Positions 1 to 12,610 of a DNA stretch of 64,000 nt are shown in pieces. The first letter of the stretch is position 1. Every line of letters begins with the position of its first letter. The notes below the pieces were generated by a model, which saw only the letters and a program-made list of their open reading frames with translations, searched no databases and had not been told where the DNA came from. The DNA is from Octopus vulgaris (lineage: Eukaryota), in contig OX597842.1 in the NCBI GenBank assembly GCA_951406725.2, positions 28,086,001 to 28,150,000 of the forward strand, written 5' to 3'. A program made the translations under genes and the position numbers.

Positions 1-111
1 TCCGCTCGAAACGTCATACCCTCCTTCTTCCATTTTCCTGAGCGCCTAATAATAATAATACTGTAATTGTTCCACGTGTTGTTGTTTTTTCTGTTTTCCC
101 GTTTGGATTAT

Positions 112-115
<4 letters not shown>
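1..115 (+). mobile_element. 3' terminus of a Penelope-like element (cut by window start)
   Basis: Near-identical to the sequence ending the Penelope copies at 27046-27160 and 44610-44722. Confidence 0.75.
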
Positions 116-151
<36 letters not shown>

Positions 152-509
152 CGAACGCACACAAAAACACATATATACACATATATATACACCAACACAC
201 ATACGCATACATAAATGTATACATATGTATATACATATGCATACACATACACACACACGCGCATCTATATATACATAAACACATACATGCATACAAACAT
301 ATACATATATACATACATGCATACTCGAATAATAAATATAAGTATATATGTACGTGCAATTACCTATCATACAGAAGGATACATACATATAAACATATAA
401 ACAGACACATATATACCTATTTACACAAATGTATATATACATACATACATACATACACATACACATAAAACTACATACCTACATATACATAAACACACCG
501 GCGTACATG

Positions 510-550
<41 letters not shown>

Positions 551-802
551 CCACATACATACACATACACATACATACACATACACACACATATACATAC
601 ATATACATGTATGTAAATACATGCACACATACATATATACACACACATATACACATACACACATATATATATATATATATACATATATACACACATGTAT
701 ATATATATATATATATATATAATAAATATTAGGGAATGAATCCAAAATTACAGGGAAAAATCAGATTTAGGGTTAAATCCAAATTTATAGTAAAATATTA
801 TA

Positions 803-1089
803 TAATATAATTCGAGACAAAACCACTATTTTAAAACCAAACAAGGAAAGACTTAATCAATACATAAAATTTTAATATAAATTAAATAAACCGCCATCTT
901 CAGGTGGATTTTCGATCTTCTAATCAGTATCAAAATTTGATACTGATTAGAAGATCGAAAATCCACCTGAAGATTGTCGGTAGCAGACATGAAACATTTG
1001 TAGTGGCGGTTTATTTAATTTATATTAAAATTTTATGTATTGATTAAGTCTTTCCTTGTTTGGTTTTAAAATAGTGGTTTTGTTTCGAA

Positions 1090-1095
<6 letters not shown>
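803..1095. repeat. Long palindrome centred on caaaatttg (931-939), left arm with a 30-bp deletion
   Basis: Arms are reverse complements; left arm lacks ctacaaatgtttcatgtctgctaccgacaa relative to the intact copy at 45439-45771. Confidence 0.9.
963..1006 (+). ncRNA. Type I hammerhead ribozyme motif (family A1)
   Basis: CCAC-CUGAAGA-uUGUC(GGUAGCA)GACAu-GAAA-CAUUUG-UA-GUGG: core boxes, helix I CCAC/GUGG, helix II, short helix III, GUA cleavage triplet. Confidence 0.8.
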
Positions 1096-1152
<57 letters not shown>

Positions 1153-1364
1153 ACACATACACATACCTATACATACACACACATCTACATACACATACAT
1201 ATACATCCGTACGCACACCCTTATACATACATCCACACCGAGGAATACAGGCATATACACACATACACATACACACACACATATATATAAACACATATAC
1301 ATACATATATACATATACATACATCTGCTGCATATATATATACCTATTGACTATATATATATAC

Positions 1365-1434
<70 letters not shown>

Positions 1435-1919
1435 ATGTTTATATGTATGTATCCGTCTGTATAATGGGTAACTGCATGTATATATATTTATTATTTATTA
1501 TTTATTATTTATTATTTGAGTATGATTGTATGTATATATGTATATGTTTGTATGCATGTATGTATTTATGTATATAAGGATGCGCGTGTGTATATATAGA
1601 TGCACGTGTGTGTGTATGTGTATGCATGTGTGTATGTATATGTATGTGTATATATGTATATATATACATGTGTGTATATATAAATGTGTATGCGTATGTA
1701 TATGTGTATGGGTATATATGTGTATATGCATGTATGTATGTGTATGTGTGTATATGTAAGGACTTGTTGGTTTTTTTTATATATGTAGATAGATGTGTGT
1801 GCGTGTGTTTTTGTATGTGCTTGTGTATATATACGTGTATGTATATGTATAGATATATGGATGTATGGGTATGTAGCTATGTATATGACTTCATAATTTG
1901 AAACTGACTTATTGGAAGT

Positions 1920-1962
1920 CCACCTGAAGATTGTCGATCAAGACAAGAAACAATTGTAGTGG
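1920..1962 (+). ncRNA. Type I hammerhead ribozyme motif (family A2)
   Basis: CCAC-CUGAAGA-UUGUC(GAUCAA)GACAA-GAAA-CAAUUG-UA-GUGG; palindromic helix III ACAAUUGU. Confidence 0.85.
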
Positions 1963-2134
1963 CGGTTTTTTTGACTATTTATTAAAATTTTATGTATTGA
2001 TTAAGTCTTTCCTTGTTTGTTTTGCAAAATAGTGGTTTTGTCTCTAATAATATTATATAATATTTTACTATAAAATTGGATTTAATCCTAAATCTGATTT
2101 TTTCCCTGTAAATTTGGATTTATTCCCTAATATT

Positions 2135-2200
<66 letters not shown>

Positions 2201-2204
<4 letters not shown>

Positions 2205-2857
2205 CTGGCGATGTTATTCAAACCAGTATTCAGACACTATGTCCCACCCAAGTAGAGAGTTATAGTTTACAGACATATCTTAGTGAACGAAGTTGATTCG
2301 GGATTTTTGAAGGAATTTTTCCAGAGACTTCTTCAACTTCATGGGGTCTGTTTCTGCTTTAATGTGTTTTGATATCATGTTAAAGAGAGTGGGGCCACTT
2401 GAAGTGAAATGATTGGGCCAAATTGTTATTATGAGATGCAAGTGGGTTTATGTGGTTGGTCGATCGCATGGGGCAGAAGTCTTGGGTGTATCTTAAAGGA
2501 GATGCCAGGATCATTCGGGAACTGCTGCTGGAATATTTTCAACATCATGCAGATGATACAGCGCTCGTGACGACATTGAAGAGAATAAAGCTTGAGCTTT
2601 TCTAGTCGACGACTCCAATGGTCAAGGACTGTCACTTTTGTAATTGACCTTTGAGGTGCTTTAAGTTTCATGGGAATTTGTTCTGTGAGGGGAGACCACA
2701 GTGGACAACTGTATTGAAAGAGGGGTCAGGCAAAAGTGGAGAAGAGAAGGATAATGGTGAGGATATCAGGATATCTCTCGACTGGAAAGTTCTGAGAATC
2801 CAGGAACACATTCTGCTAACCATGTTAACTTTGTTGTGTATATGAGAGGCCCACCTT
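2201..2857 (-). mobile_element. Decayed CR1/L2-type LINE 3' fragment (part of 1.7-kb subunit)
   Basis: Minus strand encodes [44 protein letters not shown], the C-terminus of a CR1/L2-type RT, with frameshifts. Confidence 0.8.
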
Positions 2858-3376
2858 CTATATATATGTATATCTATCTGTCTGTCTGTGTGTCTATCTA
2901 CGTATCTATCTATCTATCAATATATATATATATACACACACAAACATACACATATGTATAGACATACATGTAAATATATGTATATACAATTATTTCATAT
3001 ATATATTGTGTATACATTCTATATATACGTATATATATTGTGTGTATATATATATTATGTTTGTATATGTATATATATATATCTATATATATAGATATAC
3101 ATGTAAATATATGTATACACAAACATATATCTATATATATACATGTATATAAGTATTATATACACTCATCCAACAAATGTATGTCTGTGTCTGCCTTTTC
3201 TTTAATTTGTTAAAATCATTGTCCGATATTTTTTAGTTGTTGCGTTGTTATATCTCTCTATGCTTTATTGCACCCACCTTCTGCCAGTCTGTCTGCCTCT
3301 CTCTCCCTTCCCACCCTCTCACTCTTAGTCTCTCCCTCTCATTTTCATAGTTAAGTCAAGTTGCCGCTTTACTTAG

Positions 3377-3441
3377 GAAGTTAAATATTTAGAGGAGAAA
3401 CAGATGAGATTTCTATTCAATAATGAATATGGTTTAATTTC
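3377..3441 (+). other. Candidate 65-nt exon, copy 1 of 10 ([21 protein letters not shown])
   Basis: Preceded by a pyrimidine tract and ttacttag, followed by gtaag, stop-free in frame 0; no transcript evidence. Confidence 0.35.
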
Positions 3442-3533
3442 GTAAGATTTGTTCAACCACGCCCTAGCTGGAGCAATTTGATCATAAAACATATATATAC
3501 ATATATATATACACACACACATAAATATGCATG

Positions 3534-3597
<64 letters not shown>

Positions 3598-3900
3598 GCA
3601 CACATATTTGTGCGTATATATATATCTGTGTGTGTGTATATATAATTATTTCATATATATATTGTGTGTATATATATATATATTATGTACGTATATGTAT
3701 ATATATATAGAGAGAGAGATATATAGGTATATATAGATTCTATGCATGTATATATATATAAGTCTATAGGCATATGTATATGCAGTAAATGTACGCATAT
3801 GTATATATATATGTATATGCGTTTATATATATATATCTATATGTATATATATATATGTATATGCGTTTATATATATATATATATCTATATGTATATATAT

Positions 3901-4560
3901 ACACCTGGCGATTTTATTCAAATCAGTATTCGGACACTATGTCCCACCCAAGTAGAGAGTTATAATTTACAGAGACATATCTTAGTGAACAAAGTTGATT
4001 CGGGATTTTTTGAAGGAATTTTTCCAGAGACTTCTTAAACTTTATGGGGTGTGTTTCTGCTTTAATGTGTTTTGATATTATGTTAAAGAGAGTGGGACCA
4101 CTTGATGTGAAATAATTGTGCCAAATTGTTATTATGAGATGCAAGTGGGATTTATGTGGTTGGTGGATCACATGGGCCAGAAGTCTTGGGTGTATCTTAA
4201 AGGAGATGACAGCATAATTCGGGAAATGCTGCTGGAATATTTTCAACATCATGCAGATGATACAGCGCTCGTGACGACATTGAAGAGAATAAAGCTTGAG
4301 CTTTTCTAGTCGACGTCTCCAATGGTCAAGGACTGTCATGTTTGTAATTGACCTTTGAGGTGCTTCAAGTTTCATGGGAATATGTTCTGTGAGTGGAGAC
4401 CACAGTGGACAACTGTATTAAAAGAGGGGTCAGGCAAAAGTGGAGAAGAGAAGAATAATGGTTAGGATATCAGGATATCTCTCGACTGGAAAGTTCTGAG
4501 AATTCTGGAACACATTCTGCTGACCACGTTAACTTTGCAGTGTATATGAGTGGCCCACCT
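3901..4560 (-). mobile_element. Decayed CR1/L2-type LINE 3' fragment (subunit copy)
   Basis: ORF 3923..4375; paralog of 2201-2857. Confidence 0.8.
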
Positions 4561-4579
4561 TCTATATATATGTATATCT

Positions 4580-4800
<221 letters not shown>

Positions 4801-4861
4801 CACACATACATACACACATATATAGACATACATGTAAATATATGTATATACAATTATTTCA

Positions 4862-7800
4862 TAGGCAAGGAACACAGGTACAACTCACAGGCAAGGAACA
4901 CAGGTGCAAGACTTTCTGGGCAGGGAACACTGACGGGGTCGGGGGCGTGGGTATACTTCTTGTGGAGAAATGGGTTGATAAGTTAATCGAGGTAGTCAGA
5001 GTAAGTGACAGAGTAATTAAAATTAGATTGGTCCTTCACCATAGGACAGCTACCATCATCTCGGCATATGCCCCTCAACCAGGGCTACCGGAAGGACAAA
5101 ATGACCAATTCTATGACACCCTATTGCGGACTACCTCGTTGACAAATGACAGTGACATTCTCTTCGTGTCAGGTGATTTCAATGGACATGTTGGACGGCA
5201 TGTCGGGGGCTTCCATGGCGTCCATGGAGGCTACGGTTTTGGCTCTTGTAATGAGGAGGGAACCAGGCTGCTGGAGTTCTGCGATGCAAATGACCTTATG
5301 GTCTGCAATACCAAATTCAGGAAACCCACCTCTCACCTAGTCACCTACCGTTCTGGCAGACACACCAGCCAGATTGACTACAACCTTGCCAGAAAAATGG
5401 AAAGAGGGCTGATTATAAATGCCAAAACCTTTCCAGGCGAAGAATGTACTCCTCAACATAGACTAGTAGTTAGCGACTTCAGGATCAGAGCTAAATGGTT
5501 GCCCAGAAGAAGACCAGCTTGGAGGAGAAGGGTCTGGAAGCTTAAAGATCCTGCAAATGGACAGAGATTTAGAGACATACTACTCGAAGCCTTTGACGAA
5601 ATAGAAGGGCATATAGCTTCACTTAATGTGGAAGACAACTGGAGATTTCTACGGGACAATCTGCTGACAGCCACTGACCAGATCTGTGGATGGAGCAAAG
5701 TACCATCTTGACCCAGAGTAACATGGTGGTGGAACACTGTGATTGACAGGGCTATTAGACAAAAGAGACAGGCTTGGAAGGACTGGAAGTACGGTGGTAG
5801 CAGGGAATTGTATCAGACAGCCAGAAGGGAAGCTAGGAGACAGGTTTATTTAGCCAGAGGGGAAATGAATAAGAAAAAATTTGCCAATGTTCTGAGCCGT
5901 GAGGATGAAAGACTTGAGGTATTTCGTGTTGCAAGACAGAGTGTGAGAGAGAATCGTGATGTGGTAGGAGAGAAATGTGTTCGCATGGATGATGGTTCAC
6001 TTGCGCTAAATGGGGATGCAAAGAGAGAGGTTTGGAGATGCCACTATGAAAGGTTGGTGAATAAAGAAAATGAATGGGATAAAGAGAGTCTGCCGAATGT
6101 TGACCCAACAGAGGGACCAGCTATCCGAGTTGATAGTTCGCAGTAGCTAAGGCAATTAGAAGCATGAAGACAGGGAAAGCCACAGGCCCATCAGGAATTA
6201 CTGCAGAGATGCTCAAAATATCTGGCAGTGTCGGCTATAACCTAGTCACCCGTATAGTCAACCAGGTGATACACGAAGGAGTCATACCCAATGATTGGTG
6301 TAGCAGCATACTAGTCAACTGCTACAAAGGTAAAGGTGATGCCCTAGATACAAATAATTACAGAGGTATCAAGCTGTTGGATCAGGTAATGAAGGTTACA
6401 GAGAGGGTCATAGCCCAACTAATTAGAGAGAGTTAGTTTAGATGAGATGCAGTTTGGGTTCGTGCCAGGGAAAAGCACCACTGATGCTATATTCCTGGTA
6501 AGGCAGCTGCAGGAGAAATACCTAGCCAAAGATAAGCCCCTGTACCTGGCTTTCGTTGACATGGAGAAAGCCTTTGATAGGGTCCCCCGATCCCTCATCT
6601 GGTGGTCAATGAGGAAACTAGGGATAGATGAATGGCTGGTGAGGGCTGTGCAAGCCATGTACAGAGATGCCGTAAGTAAGGTTAGGGTTGGCAACATGTA
6701 CACAGAAGAATTCAAAGTAGAAGTTGGGGTCCACCAGGGTTCAGTACTCAGCCCCCTCCTATTTATCATAGTCCTCCAGGCAATTGTGGAGGAATTCAAG
6801 ACAGGATGCCCCTGGGAGCTCCTCTATGCTGACGACCGTGCTCTAATTGCTGAGTCACTATCAGAACTGGAGGAGAAGTTCCAGGTGTGGAAGGAGGGTT
6901 TAGAACCGAGGGGCCTTAGAGTCAACCTAGCTAAAACCAAAGTACTAATAAGTAGAAAGGTAGACAATCCACAAATGTCTTCAGGAAAATAGCCCTGCTC
7001 GATATGTAGAAAAGGTGTAGGTAGAAACTCTATAAGATATACCCAGTGTAAGCTATGGACACATAAGAGGTGCAGCAATGTCAAAGGTAGGCTAACTGGG
7101 AAGATAGTTTTTGTATGTGGCAGATGCTCGGGAGCATTGACCTCCAAAAATCTGCAGAAAACAACTTCCGTCACTTTCCAGGGGGAAAAACTAAAAGTAG
7201 TTGATAGCTTCCGTTATCTAGGTGACCAAGTCAGCAGCGGGGGTGGGTGCGCTGAGAGTGTAACTGCTAGAATAAGAATAGCCTGGGCAAAGTTTAGGGA
7301 GCTCTTACCTCTGCTGGTGACTAAAGGCCCCTCGCTCAGAGTAAAAGGCAGACTGTATGATGCATGTGTACGAACTGCCATGCTACATGGCAGTGAAACA
7401 TGGGCCGTGACTGTTGAGGACATGCGTAAGCTCATGAGGAATGAAGCCAGTATGCTCCGATGGATGTGTAATGTCAGTGTACTTAGTCAACAGAGCGTTA
7501 GTTCCTTGAGAGAAATGTTGTACCTAAGAAGCATCAGTTGTGGTGTGCAAGAGAGACGATTGCGCTGGTATGGTCATGTGGCGAGAATGGATGAAGATAG
7601 GTGTGTGAGAAAGTGCCAATCCCTAGCAGTTGAGGGAACCCGTGGAAGAGGTAGACCCAGGAAAACCTGGGACGAGGTGGTGAAGCACGACCTTCGAACG
7701 TTAGGTCTCACCATGGAAATGACTAGAGACCGAGACCTATGGAAGTATGCTGTGCGTGAGAAGACCCGGCAAGACTAGTAAAGCCATAAACCGTGGCCCC

Positions 7801-8417
7801 TACCTGGGACGTAGTCAGTCCACCTGTGCATACCTTCCTTCTTGTGACACTTGTGAAGACCTGTTGAGGCAAGTGAAAATCAAACCAAAATCAAACCAAA
7901 TCAAAATAGATGAACATCAATGGAATTTGTATCTTTGTGGTAGCAGTGCCGGTGGCACATAAGAAAACCATCCGAACGTGGCTGTAGCCAGTACCGCATC
8001 GACTGGCTTCCGTGCTGTGGGCACGTAACATACACCTTCCGATTGTGGCCGTAGCCAGCCACGTCTGGCACCTGTGTCGGTGGCACATAAAAAACAATAT
8101 CCGAGCCTCGTGGCACCTGTATGTGGCACATAAAAACAAAATCCGAGCCTCGTCTGGCACATGTGTCGGTGGCACATAGAAAAACACCATCCGAGCGTGG
8201 CCGTCTACCAGCCTCGTCTGGCACCTGTGTCGGTGGCACATAAAATCACCCACTACACTCTCGGAGTGGTTGGCGTTAGGAAGGGCATCTAGCTGTAGAA
8301 ACACTGCCAGATCTGACTGGCCTGGTGCAGCCGTCGGGCTCCCCAGACCCCAGTTGAACCGTCCAACCCATGCTAGCATGGAAAGCGGACGTTAAACGAT
8401 GATGATGATGATGATGA
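4862..8417 (+). mobile_element. 5'-truncated RTE-clade LINE, disrupted ORF (AP endonuclease, RT, PHD-like finger), repetitive 3' UTR, (GAT)n tail
   Basis: APE motifs GVGILL, SAYAPQ, GDFNGH, SQIDY, QHRLV (4842..5711); RT motifs QFGF, AFVDMEKAFDRV, GVHQGSVLSP, LLYADD (6447..6992); C-terminal RLRWYGHV..RGRGRPRKTW (7137..7778); stops and frameshifts; tail 8398-8417. Confidence 0.93.
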
Positions 8418-8491
8418 TATTGTGTATACGTTCCATATATACATATATACATATATATTGTGTGTATATATATATATTATGTATGTATATG

Positions 8492-8527
<36 letters not shown>

Positions 8528-8856
8528 TATGTATGTATATATATATATATATATCTATATATATATATAGATATACATGTAAATATATGTATACACACAC
8601 ACACACACAAACATATATATATATATACATGTATATAAGTATTATATACACTCATCCAAATGTATGTCTGTGTCTGCCTTTTCTTTAATTTGTTAAAATC
8701 AATGTCCAATATTTTTTAGTTGTGTTGTTATATCTCTCTTTGCTTTATTGCACCCATCCTCTGCCTGTCTGTCTGCCTCTCTCTCCCTCCCCGCCCTCTC
8801 ACTCTTAGTCTCTCCCTCTCCTTTTCATAGTTAAGTTACGTTGCCGCTTTACTTAG

Positions 8857-8921
8857 GAAGTTAAATATTTAGAGGAGAAAGAGATTAGATTTCTATTCAA
8901 TAATGAATATGGTTCATATTC
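8857..8921 (+). other. Candidate 65-nt exon copy ([21 protein letters not shown])
   Basis: ttacttag / gtaagt flanks, open frame. Confidence 0.35.
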
Positions 8922-8924
8922 GTA

Positions 8925-9218
8925 AGTGGATTTGGTAGACGGAAACTGAAAGAAGCCCGTCGTATATATGTATATATATATAAATATATATATATATGTG
9001 TGTGTATGTGTGTGTCTGTGTTTGTCCCCCTAGCATTGCTTGACAACCGATGCTGGTGTGTTTATGTCCCCGTTACTTAGCGGTTCGGCAAAACAGACCG
9101 ATAGATTAAGTACTGGGCTTACAAGAGAATAAGTCTCGGGGTCGAGTTGTTCGATTGAAGGCGGTGCTCCAACATGGCCGCAGTCAAATGACTGAAACAA
9201 GTAAAAGAGTAAAAGAGT
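8925..9218 (+). mobile_element. 5'-truncated SINE, octopus-type
   Basis: Present only in this subunit copy; body ggtagacggaaactgaaagaagcccgtcg..ggcggtgctccaacatggccgcagtcaaatgactgaaac and (GTAAAAGA)n tail; family recognised from memory, not by search. Confidence 0.7.
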
Positions 9219-9404
9219 ATATATACACACACATAAATATGCATGTATATGTATATATATATAAATATATATATATATATACATGCACACATATATATAT
9301 ATTGTGTGTATATATATATGTGTGTGTATATATAATTATTTCATATATATATTGTGTATACATTCTATATATACATATATATATTGTGTGTATATATATA
9401 TATA

Positions 9405-10124
9405 CATGCATTTTGGGAGAAAAACCCTGCGTCAACATACTCCCTCCACAACACTGATATCAAGAAATCCTCTTGCGAACGTGACCTAGGCATCACTGTC
9501 AGCAGTGGTGTGCGTTGGACAAAGCATATCTCTAAAATTGTCAAGAAGGCCGAGGGTGTCTTGGCATCACTCAGCAAGACTTTTGTTAGCCGCTCTCCAG
9601 CCATCTATTTAAAACTGTATACAGCTATGGTACGACCACACTTGGAATTCGCATCATCAGTTTGGAACCCCTATCTTGCTCAGAACATTGACCTCCTGGA
9701 ATCTGTCCAGAGACGTGCAACCAAACGCATACCCTCCATCAGACACCTACCATATTCTGAGCGCCTTGTTTCCCTGGGCATGGATTCACTGAAGCTCCGG
9801 CGTCTGGCGACGGACTTGGTAAATACCCACAATGTTATCAACCACCTCACCAACAACAACACTGAACACCTTTTTGATCTCCATGTGTCTAACACACGTG
9901 GACATGCCTACAAAGTCAGAAAGCAACACAGCTCCCATGACTTTCGGAAACATTTTTTCACGCTCAGAGTTGCTGAAGCATGGAATAAACTGCCTGCGTC
10001 AGTTGTTGACTGCCATGACACTGCATCCTTTAAGGCCCTCATGCTTTCCGAAATCCGCCGAAACTACACCTGATTATATATACACTTTAGATGAGTTGTA
10101 GTGCACCTGAGCACTGTAACATTA

Positions 10125-10190
<66 letters not shown>
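9405..10190 (+). mobile_element. CR1-like LINE 3' fragment with (ATT)n tail
   Basis: ORF 9354..10073 (ERDLGI..VRPHLEF..WNPY..LESVQRRATK..TRGH..HFFTLRV), near-identical to the 3' end of 10451-12597. Confidence 0.9.
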
Positions 10191-10196
<6 letters not shown>

Positions 10197-10226
10197 TATG
10201 TATATATATGTATATATATATATCTA

Positions 10227-10305
<79 letters not shown>

Positions 10306-10450
10306 ATATATATATATATCGATATATATACATTCTATGCATGTATATATATATATATATATATATAAGTCTATAGGTATATGTATATGCAGCAGAAGTT
10401 GTACGTATATGTATATATGTATGTATATTTGTATATGTGTTTATATACAC

Positions 10451-12597
10451 TTGATTGGAACCTGTACCACACTGAACTACAGCACCCAAACTGGCGTGAT
10501 TTCTACAACTCTGGAGATGTGAATAGTATACTCCAGAGTATCCTGGACTCAATATGGGCAGCATGTGCAGCATCAGTGCCACGTAAACAGAAAAAGAAGA
10601 ACCGCCCCAAAAGGGCAATTTGGGAGACTTCAGCGGTCCGACTTGCCAGGAAGGAACGTCGGACTGCTGAATGGGAATACAAGTTGCATAAATCAGACAC
10701 CGACAGGAAAAAGCGGAATAAATCTTCCAACCATCTCAAGCAAGTGACATAAAAAGCAGTGCTTGAATTTGAACAGTGCATAGCAGCCAATCCTGACAGC
10801 AAGGTTTTCTGGAAATATGTGCATTGGAAGCAGAGACCTCACTCTCCAGTGGGCCCTCTTCGCAACCCTCACACAAACCAGATCACTGACGACCCCAAGG
10901 AATTCGCAGAACTCATTGCCGAGTGCTATGCAAATATATTCACTGTTGAAAGTCAAAATGTACCATCATCACCATCACTAACAGCAAATTCCAGAACAAT
11001 TATGGAATTTACACCTGCAGTGCTGCGACGTCGCCTTCAAAATAAGCCAAACTATGCCTCCCCTGGTCTTGATGGAGTTACATACCTGCTTCTCAAACGT
11101 GGCAGGTACTTCCTTTTACACCAGCTTTCTATTTTCTTCCAGTACTGTCTCAACAATGGTGCTACTCCGGAGCAGTGGAAAACCGCCAGTGTCATTCCTC
11201 TGTTCAAAAAGGGCGACCGCACATCACCTGTCAACTATCGCACAGTCAGTCTCACTAGCTGTATTGCAAAACTAATGAAATCGTGTATCAGAGAAACACT
11301 CAGGAACTTCTGGAGCTCTCACAGTCTCATCCGACCCTCACAATATGGATTTGTCCCTAACTCCAGCTGCAGTGATCAGCTTGTCGAGTTCCTTGAGGAC
11401 ATTACTCAGATCACTGACAGTGGCTCATGGGTGGATGTTGTCTACCTTGACTTTGCTAAGGCTTTCAACTCTCTGCCATACAAAAGGCTTATGGTAAAAC
11501 TCTCTGCAATGGGTGTGAGGGATGACCTTTTTAACTGGTTGAAATCCTTCATTCTCAGCCGAAAGGAGGTAGTCACAGTTCTAGGACAGCATTCTACACC
11601 ATATGAGATGTCATCGGGTGTACCACAGGGATCTGTCCTTGGTCCCCTCTTGTTTGTGGCATACATTAATGACATAGATGCCAATTTAAAGAATGCCACA
11701 GTATTGAAATATGCAGACGACATCAAGCTGTACCTTGAAATCAAGAGGACAGATCCTGATGTCTACAACTCTTTCCTGCAATCAGACCTAGACACAATGC
11801 AGCAATGGATCACAGACTGGCAACTGAAACTGGCTGTGGACAAGTGTATCACCATACATTTTGGGAGAAAAAACCCTGCGTCCACATACTCCCTCCACAA
11901 CACTGATATCAAGAAATCCTCTTGCGAGCGTGACCTAGGCATCACTGTCAGCAGTGATTTGCGTTGGACAAAGCATATCTCTAAAATTGTCAAGAAGGCC
12001 GAGGGTGTCTTGGCATCACTCAGCAAGACTTTTGTTAGCCGCTCTCCAGCCATCTATTTAAAACTGTATACAGCTATGGTACGACCACACTTGGATTTCG
12101 CATCATTAGTTTGGAACCCCTATCTTGCTCAGAACATTGACCTCCTGGAATCTGTCCAGAGACGTGCAACCAAACGCATACCCTCCATCAGACACCTACC
12201 ATATTCTGAGCGCCTTGTTTCCCTGGGCATGGATTCACTGAAGCTCCGGCGTCTGGCAACGGACTTGGTAAATACCCACAATGTTATCAACCACCTCACC
12301 AACAACAACACGGAACACCTTTTTGATCTCCATGTGTCTAACACACGTGGACATGCCTACAAAGTAAGAAAACAACACAGCTCCCATGACTTTCGGAAAC
12401 ATTTTTTCACGCTCAGAGTTGCTGAAACATGGAATAAACTGCCTGCGTCAGTTGTTGACTGCCATGACACTGCATCCTTTAATGCCCTCATGCTTTCCGA
12501 AATCCACCGAAACTACACCTGATTATATATACACTTTAGATGAGTTGTAGTGCGCCTGAGCACTGTACACAATTATTATTAATATTATTATTATTTT
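10451..12597 (+). mobile_element. 5'-truncated CR1-like LINE with largely intact RT ORF (10759..12522)
   Basis: PLFKKGDR..NYR..SLTS, QYGF, YLDFAKAF, SGVPQGSVLGPLLF, KYADD; in-frame stop at 10750-10752; short 3' UTR and (ATT)n tail. Confidence 0.93.
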
Positions 12598-12610
12598 ATT
12601 TATATATATA

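Noticed and set aside
765-775. TTAGGG telomere-like motif
   Set aside because: Single occurrence per copy, not an array
46-2200. Numerous YIYIYI / CVCVYV / HTHT ORFs here and throughout the window
   Set aside because: Translations of (TA)n, (CA)n and (TATC)n tracts that lack stops by composition
2651-2845. Recurrent 64-aa + strand ORF MRCFKFHGNLF..
   Set aside because: Antisense shadow of the LINE fragment; non-ATG start and broken in some copies
3431-3490. Spliced-leader RNA idea (ggtttaattt..gtaag..Sm-like attttga)
   Set aside because: Leader would be too short, and the GGTTTAATT and Sm-like motifs are not conserved among copies
7945-8245. CRISPR-like spaced repeats (tggcacctgtgtcggtggcacat)
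   Set aside because: Spacers are homologous to each other, the array lies in a LINE 3' UTR, and there are no cas genes in this eukaryotic context
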